Shown here: positions 21,256 through 29,430 of the stretch, in pieces | How positions within the stretch are numbered: the first letter of the stretch is position 1 | Layout of the letters: each line of letters starts with the position of its first letter | Source: Gammaproteobacteria bacterium | GTDB lineage: Bacteria > Pseudomonadota > Gammaproteobacteria > GCA-2400775 | DNA length: 64,000 nt | Assembly: GCA_015492075.1 (NCBI GenBank) | Contig: WGFU01000037.1 | Coordinates: 1,425-65,424 of the forward strand | Reading direction: 5' to 3' | Made by a program: the position numbers and the translations under genes | The notes under the pieces: generated by a model | What the model was told of the DNA's origin: nothing | Databases searched by the model: none | Seen by the model: only the letters and a program-made list of their open reading frames with translations

Positions 21256-21540
21256 TCAAGAACCTTGCTCTGCACTGCGCGCCGCCCTTTGCTTAGCCAA
21301 TACTTCGGCACGACGCTTTTCTTGTGCTGCATTAACTGCTTGCGATTTGGCAAACTCCTCTGGACTCATCTTATCCCGGTCTTTTTCATCGAATACGAGA
21401 TATTTGATATCTTCATCAAACTGCTCATTTTTATACGCCCATCGAATACCGTAGATAGCAGCAATAATAATACCGCCTGCCGCGACCATCCACAGATAGA
21501 TTGTCCACCCATCAGGTAAGGCTTGCATGAATTCAGTCAT
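21256..21540 (-). CDS. CcoQ/FixQ-like small subunit
   Basis: 94 aa; single TM followed by IRWAYKNEQFDEDIKYLVFDE, matching the FixQ pattern TM-W(A)Y..K(R)K..FDE. Confidence 0.45.
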   Translation of the reverse strand: MTEFMQALPDGWTIYLWMVAAGGIIIAAIYGIRWAYKNEQFDEDIKYLVFDEKDRDKMSPEEFAKSQAVNAAQEKRRAEVLAKQRAARSAEQGS

Positions 21541-21549
21541 CGGTCTCTC

Positions 21550-21840
21550 CTAAATAAGCTGGCCAAAAAGCAATTGCGCCGCGCCATATATCACCGCACA
21601 CACCAGGCCAAATATCAGCCAGACAAACAATATCACCTCGCCACGGCGCATACCCTCCTTCTGCGCATCCCTGGTAAATTTGTAAACAATCACCGCAAAC
21701 AAAACGATACCAGCCATCATAAAGAAAAAAATACCGATACTGTATTCTTGGGACTTCATCCCTTCGATCGTAAACTGGTCTAGCTCCTCATCGGAGAGAA
21801 CAATCGCTTGTTGGTCGGTTTCGTTCATTAGGTGACACAC
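21550..21840 (-). CDS. hypothetical 2-TM small membrane protein
   Basis: 96 aa; first gene after the hairpin terminator; 9-nt gap to the CcoQ-like gene. Confidence 0.4.
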   Translation of the reverse strand: MCHLMNETDQQAIVLSDEELDQFTIEGMKSQEYSIGIFFFMMAGIVLFAVIVYKFTRDAQKEGMRRGEVILFVWLIFGLVCAVIYGAAQLLFGQLI

Positions 21841-21898
21841 GAACTAACACAGTAGTAGACAATGCTAGACTGAAAAAGGTTTAAAAATTCTAAGAAAA

Positions 21899-21920
21899 AT
21901 GCCGCTCAGATGAGCGGCAT
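21899..21920. terminator. intrinsic terminator hairpin inside the oxidase locus
   Basis: ATGCCGCTC-AGAT-GAGCGGCAT, a perfect 9-bp stem with 4-nt loop. It is followed on the minus strand by TTTTTCTTAGAATTTTT and lies 195 bp after the CcoP-N-like gene. Confidence 0.5.
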
Positions 21921-22114
21921 TTCCTTATTTCCTTCAGAAGTGCGCTAAGAAGCCACGCACAGGCTATTTTACTGCTTATCAGACTTGTCGAATTTATCAA
22001 TCATAAAGCTATAGATATAAGGTGCTACGAACACGACCAAAATAGGTATGAGTATTATTAATGGTGGATTATCGATTTCTAACATTTCATTTCACCTGTA
22101 ACTGTAAGTAATGC

Positions 22115-22744
22115 CTAATGACCGATTGAGTGGTCGGGCTGCCAATCAGACGGCGGCAAGCGCTTAACAACAATCATTACGGCTATACAAAAATAGAGCA
22201 CATAAAAAACGTCGATGGTGTAACCGAGATCCCAAGATGGCTGAACCCGAATCTTAACACCATCATCGCCAATCTCACCTTCAAAGTTTGCTAACGCCAC
22301 GTCTTTACCTACGACAGTATAGTAGTCCATATGGGCATTTTCGCGCTGCAATTCGATGATTTGGTCTTTAATTAGTCGCAGATCATTCATAGTTAACGGA
22401 TGACGATCCTGATGACCAGCCCATTTCGAACCCTGAGATTTCACTGTATTAACAATGTATTCCATTTTTGCTTCATCGTCAGGTAATTTAGCAACTTCTG
22501 GCGAGTCCATGAGCGCGATATATTCTTCGTATATCGCAGCCATCGGGCGTTGCCCCCACAAAGGCGCAGTAATCAAAAAGGCAGTAATAATAGTCAGAAC
22601 CAACAACCAGACCACGGCTTGTGGCAAACGGTTATTGTCCTCCATAATACCACCCAGGCTTTCATGTTCCCAAACATACTTCGCTTGCTCATTCTGGTCA
22701 TCAGTTGCCAGGGTATAAAGTGGTTTATCGAATTTCCAAGCCAT
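22115..22744 (-). CDS. CcoP N-terminal-like membrane protein lacking both heme c domains
   Basis: 209 aa; EHESLGGIMEDNNRLPQAVVWLLVL matches the CcoP N-terminal motif; TM, periplasmic domain and a C-terminal TM; no CxxCH. Confidence 0.5.
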   Translation of the reverse strand: MAWKFDKPLYTLATDDQNEQAKYVWEHESLGGIMEDNNRLPQAVVWLLVLTIITAFLITAPLWGQRPMAAIYEEYIALMDSPEVAKLPDDEAKMEYIVNTVKSQGSKWAGHQDRHPLTMNDLRLIKDQIIELQRENAHMDYYTVVGKDVALANFEGEIGDDGVKIRVQPSWDLGYTIDVFYVLYFCIAVMIVVKRLPPSDWQPDHSIGH

Positions 22745-22771
22745 GTGGCTATCCCTCCCAGGAGAACTTAA

Positions 22772-23722
22772 TTACTTCAAACTCAAAACATAATCCATGA
22801 GATAACGTATTTCGCTATTTGGCGCATAATCGGGAACCTCAGGCGGATAAATACTCGTACCGGCGGCGTAAGCATTATAATCCGCCCGCCATTGATCATA
22901 GTCAATATCGTTACCATTAGCATCCACTTCACCCCAGAGATAATCGAAGCGAGGCATAATTGAATGTGGCTGCACCAATCTTGGGTTAAAGAAGTGCATC
23001 ATCAGCCATTCTTTTGACGAGTTACGTGAACCAACATGCAGCAAGTCAGGCGCTTTGCGATCCGAACCAAAGGCTGTTGGCGCTTCACCATTAAAGTCTC
23101 CCAGCCGCGGCGGTAAACCGAAGTATTGCCAATCCTGTGTTTGTTCTGGCAATAGTGTGTGACACCACCAGCAACCTTCACGCACAAACATGGTCTTACC
23201 GCTACCTACATGCTGCTTATCGCTGTCTGCAGCAGCTGCCAATACCAACTCAGCTGTCCAGTCACGCGTTGCCGTCACATTTTCGATATAAGGGAAGGTC
23301 TCCCCTTCGTAGTCACCACGCGACACCAAAAATACAGCGCCTTGATCTTCCTCTGCTTCACCCACGCGACCCTCGTCGGCACTTAAGGCCTGCACTTCCC
23401 TACCCAAAATATCTGGGTTACGAATTGCGCTCGGAAAAGGTGTCCCGGCGGTATAAACATAGGCATCTACCGGGTCAATATCCGCGCCAGTAACTGGGTC
23501 TTTTTTAACCGTCACCGTTAAAGGCTTGCCTTTCCCTCGCAAGAATGGGTCTTCATACGAGAAACCAGAGTTATGACCATAGGACAGACCTTTGACCAGA
23601 CCAGTTTCCGTCACACCCACACTATAGATAGTTAAGCTGGGCATATAGAGGGTGATCATCATTGAACCACCCAGGGCGATACCAAACATGCGGGTACCAA
23701 TTTTATATTCTCTAAAAGCCAT
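22772..23722 (-). CDS. CcoO/FixO-like mono-heme cytochrome c subunit with ~110-aa insertion
   Basis: 316 aa; N-terminal TM; CWWCH; C-terminal NSSKEWLMMHFFNPRLVQPHSIMPRF resembles the conserved CcoO C-terminal segment; heme motif displaced to ~residue 180. Confidence 0.7.
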   Translation of the reverse strand: MAFREYKIGTRMFGIALGGSMMITLYMPSLTIYSVGVTETGLVKGLSYGHNSGFSYEDPFLRGKGKPLTVTVKKDPVTGADIDPVDAYVYTAGTPFPSAIRNPDILGREVQALSADEGRVGEAEEDQGAVFLVSRGDYEGETFPYIENVTATRDWTAELVLAAAADSDKQHVGSGKTMFVREGCWWCHTLLPEQTQDWQYFGLPPRLGDFNGEAPTAFGSDRKAPDLLHVGSRNSSKEWLMMHFFNPRLVQPHSIMPRFDYLWGEVDANGNDIDYDQWRADYNAYAAGTSIYPPEVPDYAPNSEIRYLMDYVLSLK

Positions 23723-23784
23723 TATTCATTACTCCGCTAAAGGTTAACGCTATTCGTATTTTTTCAAATCTACACGAGCAGCTA

Positions 23785-25191
23785 TTAACGTTCGTAAGCG
23801 ATTTCATGCGGTAAGCGTCCCACTGGCACCGGTGTACCTGCACGAGCCGTCATCCACATGTTGTAGAGCCATACAACGTTACCAGTAAATACCATGGTAC
23901 CGCCAACCCAACGCGCAATCATGTACGGATGCTCCGCAATCACCACGTCGATATACGGCACTTCGTAGATCTTGGCAGCGCCTTGAATCAAACCGGCAAT
24001 CGTGATCGAAATCCAGTAGGTGGCGAAACCGATCAGCAAGAACCAGAAATGAAAGTTGGCCAGCGCCAAAGAGTAGATCTTGCGACGCAGAATCGTTTGC
24101 AGACCATAGTACACGGCTGCCGCCTCAAGGAAGGTCGAGAAACCCAGCAAAGCAAGGTGAGCATGAGCGACAATCCAGCCAGTGCCATGGACATACCAGT
24201 TGATCGCACGTGTCTGCTGAAAACCGCCCTGCATATTCAAAGGAATCGCCAGCATAACCCCGGTGATGGTGAACCGGATCTCAATATTATCAACAAAGTA
24301 ATGCCACTTGCCCGTCATGGTTAACAACAAGTTCGACACGAATGCGATCGCAGGCACCAGAATCAACACCCCTTCAACAGAAGCGAAAGATTTCAGCCAC
24401 TCAGGCAGTGGTGAAGACATCAAATGGTGGGCTGCCGGCGTTGAGTAGAACACCACCACCGACCAGAAATGCAAGTGACCAATACGGTGAGAGTACAGTG
24501 GGTTACCGGTAATTTTCGGCACCGTATAGTATGCAATCGCCGCCGCCACCGGGGTAATCCACAGGCCAAGGATGTTATGGGCATGCCACCAGGTCAAATA
24601 GGCTTCGGTCAATCCAGTCAGGGAAAAGTATTCCGGCAGATTACCGACCAGCACCACGATCATCAGCATGAATATCGCCGCACCAAAGAACCAGTTGGTG
24701 GTATAGATACCCTGCGTCTTACGATGAACAATGGTCATCCAGACATTGATTCCCAGCGGCAGCAATACTGCAAACAGGATAATCAAATCAATCGGCCATG
24801 GAAAATCAGTGTATTCACGGCCTGAAGTCACACCGGCCCACATCAAACACAAAGCGACGGCAAGACCACCGTTCCAGTTGAAGCAGGTCCAGATGCCCAG
24901 CTTCTCGGACCATAGCTTGGTATTACCCAAGGCAGGCGTGATATACATAAAGGCCATTGCAAACGCCATGGAAATCCAGCCAAAAATAACGGCCATGACA
25001 TGAACCTGGCGCATATGACCAAAGGCAAACATATAGCTACCGGTAACAAAATCCGGAAAAGCCAACTTGGCTGCGTTGAAAGAACCTAGTCCAGTACCAA
25101 TAATGAACCAGATAATGGATGAAAACCCAAAAAAGACAGCCGCAGAACCTGCGGGAATATCTTCGTTCTTCGCAAAGAGATACTTGAACAT
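23785..25191 (-). CDS. C-family (cbb3-type) heme-copper oxidoreductase subunit I, CcoN-like, divergent
   Basis: 468 aa, 12 TM. W201-W-H-A-H205-N replaces the CcoN WWYGHN motif; Y249-5x-H255-H256 (crosslink Tyr plus CuB His pair) and helix-X H343-x-H345 are present; heme ligand region FGHMRQVHVMAVIF. Confidence 0.85.
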   Translation of the reverse strand: MFKYLFAKNEDIPAGSAAVFFGFSSIIWFIIGTGLGSFNAAKLAFPDFVTGSYMFAFGHMRQVHVMAVIFGWISMAFAMAFMYITPALGNTKLWSEKLGIWTCFNWNGGLAVALCLMWAGVTSGREYTDFPWPIDLIILFAVLLPLGINVWMTIVHRKTQGIYTTNWFFGAAIFMLMIVVLVGNLPEYFSLTGLTEAYLTWWHAHNILGLWITPVAAAIAYYTVPKITGNPLYSHRIGHLHFWSVVVFYSTPAAHHLMSSPLPEWLKSFASVEGVLILVPAIAFVSNLLLTMTGKWHYFVDNIEIRFTITGVMLAIPLNMQGGFQQTRAINWYVHGTGWIVAHAHLALLGFSTFLEAAAVYYGLQTILRRKIYSLALANFHFWFLLIGFATYWISITIAGLIQGAAKIYEVPYIDVVIAEHPYMIARWVGGTMVFTGNVVWLYNMWMTARAGTPVPVGRLPHEIAYER

Positions 25192-25275
25192 GGGACCTGT
25201 GCTCCGTTTAAGACGTAAAACTTAAATTAAAAAGATCATCAAAATATTGCCGATTTAGACCTTCAGCGGCATCGG

Positions 25276-25368
25276 CTAGTGTTTACCCGGCATCATCAAA
25301 TACCAAGCGAACCACATGCTTGAGAATGCCAGCACAATACAAAATACAGTTGCGATAATAGTAACCAT
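25276..25368 (-). CDS. 30-aa single-TM peptide, unannotated (candidate small oxidase subunit)
   Basis: MVTIIATVFCIVLAFSSMWFAWYLMMPGKH; GAGGA RBS 6 nt upstream; lies between the 95-aa gene and the CcoN-like gene; weak paralogy to the peptide at 29338..29430. Confidence 0.4.
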   Translation of the reverse strand: MVTIIATVFCIVLAFSSMWFAWYLMMPGKH

Positions 25369-25398
25369 CGTTTTTCCTCTATTTAGTACGTGTCGCGC

Positions 25399-25686
25399 TT
25401 AGGCTGCAGCACGTGACTGCGCTTCCAAAGCACCATGACGTGACGCAGAAATCATCATGATCGCCATAAAGGCAAAGCCGAACACAATCATGCACCAATT
25501 GATGAAGCCCATAAAGGTGGTTGGATCATAGGCCTGACCACCCCAACCGCCCCAGTCATCAAAACGACCGCGACCGAGAGCACACATCAATGCGGCACCA
25601 AAAACACTGCCGTTGCCCATGCCGGTGGTAACACCAGCAACCAAGCTCACCCAAAAAGTTTTCGAATATGGCAATAAATTGTCCAT
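25399..25686 (-). CDS. hypothetical 2-TM membrane protein, first gene of the CcoN-like operon
   Basis: 95 aa; AAGGAG RBS 5 nt upstream; Gly/Trp-rich loop (DDWGGWGGQ). Confidence 0.4.
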   Translation of the reverse strand: MDNLLPYSKTFWVSLVAGVTTGMGNGSVFGAALMCALGRGRFDDWGGWGGQAYDPTTFMGFINWCMIVFGFAFMAIMMISASRHGALEAQSRAAA

Positions 25687-25916
25687 ATTAGCTCCTTATT
25701 TTCACGCCGCAGGCAATGGCTGCCTTTGCGTATTTTAGTGTGAATTTATTGAGTAGGTAGAATCTAATTTAGACTTACCCTACAAAAAGTCGGGGAATAT
25801 TCACATAACGTACCTTTTGAGTCAAGTCTTGATGCACGCTGAACTGAAAATGAAGACATGGTTCTGTTACCAAAAAATCGTTTAAAATATAAACAATTCA
25901 ATCAATTAGTGGTCTT

Positions 25917-26141
25917 ATGATGCCTTATCATAACTGGATATCAATAAAAGAAATTATTCTCTACCTTATCGCCATTGTCACGGGCCTTTTTATCGCTGCT
26001 TATTCGGTACATATGTTGATTGGTGGACTTGTCAGCGCTACCACTGAGAAAACCATTATCGCCATTGTCTGCACCCTCATGGCACTGGCCATCGGATTCA
26101 TGGTTTACGACGTGAAAAAACAGCGTGAAAAACAGGGCTGA
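25917..26141 (+). CDS. hypothetical 2-TM small membrane protein
   Basis: 74 aa; only plus-strand gene in the island interior; divergent from the CcoN-like operon. Confidence 0.35.
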   Translation: MMPYHNWISIKEIILYLIAIVTGLFIAAYSVHMLIGGLVSATTEKTIIAIVCTLMALAIGFMVYDVKKQREKQG

Positions 26142-26157
26142 GCGCCCCCAGATGCAT

Positions 26158-26610
26158 TTATTTGTATACGCGCAGACTTGCCAGTGCATCATCATAAACG
26201 GCCTGAGACTCGAACTGACCACGATGAAAAACGTATTGGCGTTTTTTGCCCGACATATCAATCCCTGTTAGACCAAAGGATTTGCCAGCGTAATCTGAAA
26301 AAAAACGCACTTCTTTCACCAGCGCAACCTGGTCATTATTGCGTAGCCGGACACTGACGTGCTGCTTACTCACACTCAGCGCAACCGGTGCGCTCGGCAA
26401 CAACATCAGTCGACCGGAAAGAATGCGGTTGGCGCCGATAAAGGCCATAAAACTAGCGAGAAACATCAGCAAATAGGCAAACGCTTGATTATTCTGGTGC
26501 CACAGCACCAATGAATAAGCACCAAGCAAAATCACCACTGGCAGATACAGCAATGAATCCCACGCCGCGCCGCGCCGGTCTGGCGTTAATTTGTAATCAC
26601 TTTTGGCCAC
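26158..26610 (-). CDS. membrane protein with C-terminal PH-like (YdbT/bPH-type) domain
   Basis: 150 aa; 2 N-terminal TM plus ~80-aa soluble domain; last gene of module B. Confidence 0.4.
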   Translation of the reverse strand: MAKSDYKLTPDRRGAAWDSLLYLPVVILLGAYSLVLWHQNNQAFAYLLMFLASFMAFIGANRILSGRLMLLPSAPVALSVSKQHVSVRLRNNDQVALVKEVRFFSDYAGKSFGLTGIDMSGKKRQYVFHRGQFESQAVYDDALASLRVYK

Positions 26611-26614
26611 AAAA

Positions 26615-27172
26615 CTATCCTGCGTCGGCTAAGGTCTCGGCCAGTAAAGCGTCCATTTCACCATAAAGCATACGACCTGGCCGCCTGAACTTAACTTGTC
26701 GGTCGGCGCCAATAACAAATGTCCACGGATCACCTTGGACACCAAATGCAGTGAAAGCTTCAGGGTTTTGATACTGATCCATATGCAAAAACAGCACATC
26801 ATCTTCGTACTTATTCAATATGGCTTTGAGCATCTGCAGCTGTTTATCGCATACCGTACAATGTCCAGGTGTAGCAAATTCGAGCAAAATCGTCTTGTTT
26901 TGCGCCAAGGCTTCATCGATCGAAAGCTGATACATGCGGGCATCGGGATGTCTGTAGGTTGTAATGCGGCTGAAATCACCGTTCACGTCCGCCAGCGTCT
27001 TGGTCTTCAATGACGGGGCGATCGCACCAACCCGAAGCTGACCCTCTGGCCTGATATCGCATGCGCTTAAGGCTGCTGCTACTACGATTGTCAGCAATAT
27101 TGCTATAAACGGCCTCACGAGACCTCCTTCGCAGACGATGATGGTGCGCTGCCTAGAACGTCTTTTTCCCAA
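26615..27172 (-). CDS. thioredoxin-fold (TlpA/ResA-like) thiol-disulfide oxidoreductase lipoprotein
   Basis: 185 aa; lipobox LSAC; CxxC active site FATPGHCTVC; redoxin fold length. Confidence 0.6.
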   Translation of the reverse strand: MGKRRSRQRTIIVCEGGLVRPFIAILLTIVVAAALSACDIRPEGQLRVGAIAPSLKTKTLADVNGDFSRITTYRHPDARMYQLSIDEALAQNKTILLEFATPGHCTVCDKQLQMLKAILNKYEDDVLFLHMDQYQNPEAFTAFGVQGDPWTFVIGADRQVKFRRPGRMLYGEMDALLAETLADAG

Positions 27173-27681
27173 CCGACACAGCTACGAAAAACGTTATAGC
27201 CCCAGATAATGTTGGCTAACAGCACCATACTGCCAAAGATGCCCATCGCAGCCAACCAAGGCCTGATTATGGCTTCCACTTCATCGGGCGGCAAACTCAC
27301 ACTCGCAGTACCACCGAGAATACCTGCAATCGTAAACAAACTCACCATACCGATCAGACCGGTGTTATGGATCCAAAAGTGTACTTTTACCAATTTCAAA
27401 CTGAAAATAGGGCGTTTAACCAAACGCGGCACGAAATAATACACCGAGGCAAAAATCGCCATCTCCACCCAGCCTAACAGGTTAACGTGGGTGTGCGCGC
27501 GTACAATCAGCTGCCCATGTGCGCGATGATCGACGAAATGGCGCAGTTCGGCCACCCCTCCCATTAACGCACCCCAGGAAAAGCCGATTATGCTGTAGAT
27601 GATACAGGCATAAAGAAACCACAGTGTATAACGCGTGTATTCAATATCTGTCTCCCAGGGGGAGTGACTCGAAACCTTCAC
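27115..27681 (-). CDS. stand-alone heme-copper oxidase subunit I C-terminal-like membrane protein (half subunit I), paralog of 12191..12706
   Basis: 188 aa, ~5 TM; RAHTHVNLLGWVEMAIFASVYYFVPRL and HFWIHNTGL align to helix IX-XII of the CcoN-like protein; 4-nt overlap with the upstream cytochrome c gene. Confidence 0.5.
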   Translation of the reverse strand: MKVSSHSPWETDIEYTRYTLWFLYACIIYSIIGFSWGALMGGVAELRHFVDHRAHGQLIVRAHTHVNLLGWVEMAIFASVYYFVPRLVKRPIFSLKLVKVHFWIHNTGLIGMVSLFTIAGILGGTASVSLPPDEVEAIIRPWLAAMGIFGSMVLLANIIWGYNVFRSCVGWEKDVLGSAPSSSAKEVS

Positions 27682-28355
27682 TGCTGCGCCTCCGGGTTTT
27701 CAGCCAATTTCCCATTGGGAGACTTCAGGACTTCGGTAAAATTCTTGTCACGCACATCACCGTATTTCTCTTTCCAGCTTTCCGGCGCCCAGATACTGAG
27801 CATGCTCTCAATAAACGGCGAGCGCCCTTCCGGCGGCTTAGGTGCCGTTGAGGAACCCTGTTTAGCACGCAGTTGAGACAAAAACGTTGCGATCAAGTCA
27901 TGCTCTCGCGGCGTCAGCTCAGCCACATAGGCAGCTTCTTTACCCAAACCGTGATCAAGCGTTGCTGCGTGGTAGGTGTCTTTGTATACCGGCTCTGGGT
28001 CACTGAGAAAGCGCCTGATCCAATCCTGGCTACGACGCGAGCCAATACCATCGAGCGTGGTCTGACCGCCCATACTCGTGCCAGACAAAAAAGCACGATG
28101 ACAAGACGCACAACGCTTAGCCTTGAAAAGTCGATGGCCCTTATTGCCGTCTTCGGACAAATCAAAACTGGTGAGATTTGAAAAAATCTGCTTGTTCGAA
28201 GTCAGGCGATACCCTTCCAAGCCGACATAACCCACCAACGCCACCACAATAAATACACCAGCGATGCCAAATAAGACCTTTTCGCCTCGCTTTAGCCTCG
28301 ACTTCGCAGCCATAAAAACCCCGCAATTATTCCAGATAAAACAAAAGGTGGACAA
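27678..28355 (-). CDS. membrane-anchored mono-heme c-type cytochrome (paralog of 20449..20997)
   Basis: 225 aa; N-terminal TM; CASCH; shares RGEK...LDGIGSRRSQDWIRRFLSDP with the module A cytochrome. Confidence 0.6.
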   Translation of the reverse strand: MSTFCFIWNNCGVFMAAKSRLKRGEKVLFGIAGVFIVVALVGYVGLEGYRLTSNKQIFSNLTSFDLSEDGNKGHRLFKAKRCASCHRAFLSGTSMGGQTTLDGIGSRRSQDWIRRFLSDPEPVYKDTYHAATLDHGLGKEAAYVAELTPREHDLIATFLSQLRAKQGSSTAPKPPEGRSPFIESMLSIWAPESWKEKYGDVRDKNFTEVLKSPNGKLAENPEAQQ

Positions 28356-28419
28356 GCCACCCTTTGCTTAGTTCAAACCCGCACCATCATGCCATGGCGC
28401 GGGATACCACATACCGAAC

Positions 28420-29181
28420 CTAGTGGTAAGGCACGTGGCGTGGCGGTAAGCGGGAATTACCCATGCTGTAGGGGGATGCTTCCTTGGTGCTGAGATAGGC
28501 AGCAACGTTGTGGATGTCCTCGTCGGACATATTCTTGGCAACATTGCGCATCGCTGCCTGCGGATCATTGGTCCGCACACCATCACGCCATTGCTTCATT
28601 TGAGCCACGAGATAGGTATATTTCTGCTGCCCAATCATCGGGAACATTGGCTCAACGCCGCGGCCGTTATAATCATGGCAAGAACGGCAAGCTGCCACAC
28701 TCTTTTCAGCAATACCGTGATTAACGATGGCTTTACCCAAATAGGTTTCACCGACCTCAACACCATTCGCCTTCAATGTGGCCAGATTAGAAACAGAGGC
28801 ATCAACCGTTTCTCTATCATGTTGCCATTCGCTGATATAAGCCGCCACATCAAGGCGCTCCTGCGAAGTCAGGCCTTTGGCGTTAGCATTCATGATAAAC
28901 ATGACGGTATCTTCACGCTTGTCGGTCGCATAATCTTCCAGCTGCTTGACGATAAACTGGAAAATCTGGCCGGCCAGACGCGGGGTGCCTAAATCGTCAC
29001 TGCCCATTCCGTCCGGCATATGGCAGCCAGAACACGCTGGTACGCCAGTGGCTTCTTTGCCGTTGTTATAAATCTGCTCGCCGTTTGCTACATCGACAGT
29101 CACGCCGCCGGCGAAAACAGCGGAACTTGCTGAAAACGCAAAAGCAAAAAGCGAACCCACCAACCTAGTTGAGTAACGCAT
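28420..29181 (-). CDS. di-heme c-type cytochrome (c4-like), periplasmic
   Basis: Two heme motifs CSGCH and CRSCH. Start moved to the internal Met (MRYSTRLVG...) with signal peptide and GGAGGG RBS; the ORF-track 29271 start adds a non-signal extension. Confidence 0.7.
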   Translation of the reverse strand: MRYSTRLVGSLFAFAFSASSAVFAGGVTVDVANGEQIYNNGKEATGVPACSGCHMPDGMGSDDLGTPRLAGQIFQFIVKQLEDYATDKREDTVMFIMNANAKGLTSQERLDVAAYISEWQHDRETVDASVSNLATLKANGVEVGETYLGKAIVNHGIAEKSVAACRSCHDYNGRGVEPMFPMIGQQKYTYLVAQMKQWRDGVRTNDPQAAMRNVAKNMSDEDIHNVAAYLSTKEASPYSMGNSRLPPRHVPYH

Positions 29182-29337
29182 TACTACACCCTCCAAAAAA
29201 CTGTGTCGAGGCCGTAACCGGCCTTTTGTTAAAGGTAGTCTGTGACCTACTGCCAACGCAGAGCATTTCACTATGCAGCAGCCAATAATGTCAGATCTAT
29301 GTCAGGTAAGTGAATCACCTACCATTTTTTGGTTTGC

Positions 29338-29430
29338 TTAAGAGTTTTTCTTCAGCAAAAACCAAGCAAATCCCCAAGCCAGCGGGAACCAAATCGCATA
29401 AAGTATAACTACACTGGCAGTATCTAGCAT
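29338..29430 (-). CDS. 30-aa single-TM peptide, unannotated (paralog of 25276..25368)
   Basis: MLDTASVVILYAIWFPLAWGFAWFLLKKNS; GAGGT RBS 6 nt upstream; lies upstream of the di-heme cytochrome gene; shares the W-FAW(F/Y)L(L/M) C-terminal pattern. Confidence 0.4.
   Translation of the reverse strand: MLDTASVVILYAIWFPLAWGFAWFLLKKNS

Noticed and set aside
22011-22085. Possible small minus-strand ORF with AGGTGA RBS in the gap between the 96-aa gene and the CcoP-N-like gene, which at first looked like a 38-aa CcoQ-like peptide.
   Set aside because: Careful re-reading shows three consecutive G at 22020-22022. The frame therefore hits TAG after 25 codons (MLEIDNPPLIILIPILVVFVAPLYL). That is too short and unsupported to call.
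25687-25916. Search for FNR/ANR/NnrR boxes (TTGAT-N4-ATCAA) upstream of the CcoN-like operon.
   Set aside because: Only a half-site (TTGATgcac) and a short TCAAG-TC-TTGA palindrome were found. There is no full consensus, so no site was annotated.
29182-29271. N-terminal 30-residue extension of the di-heme cytochrome ORF (MKCSALAVGHRL...).
   Set aside because: The internal Met at 29181 is preceded by GGAGGG and starts a canonical signal peptide. The extension is not signal-like.
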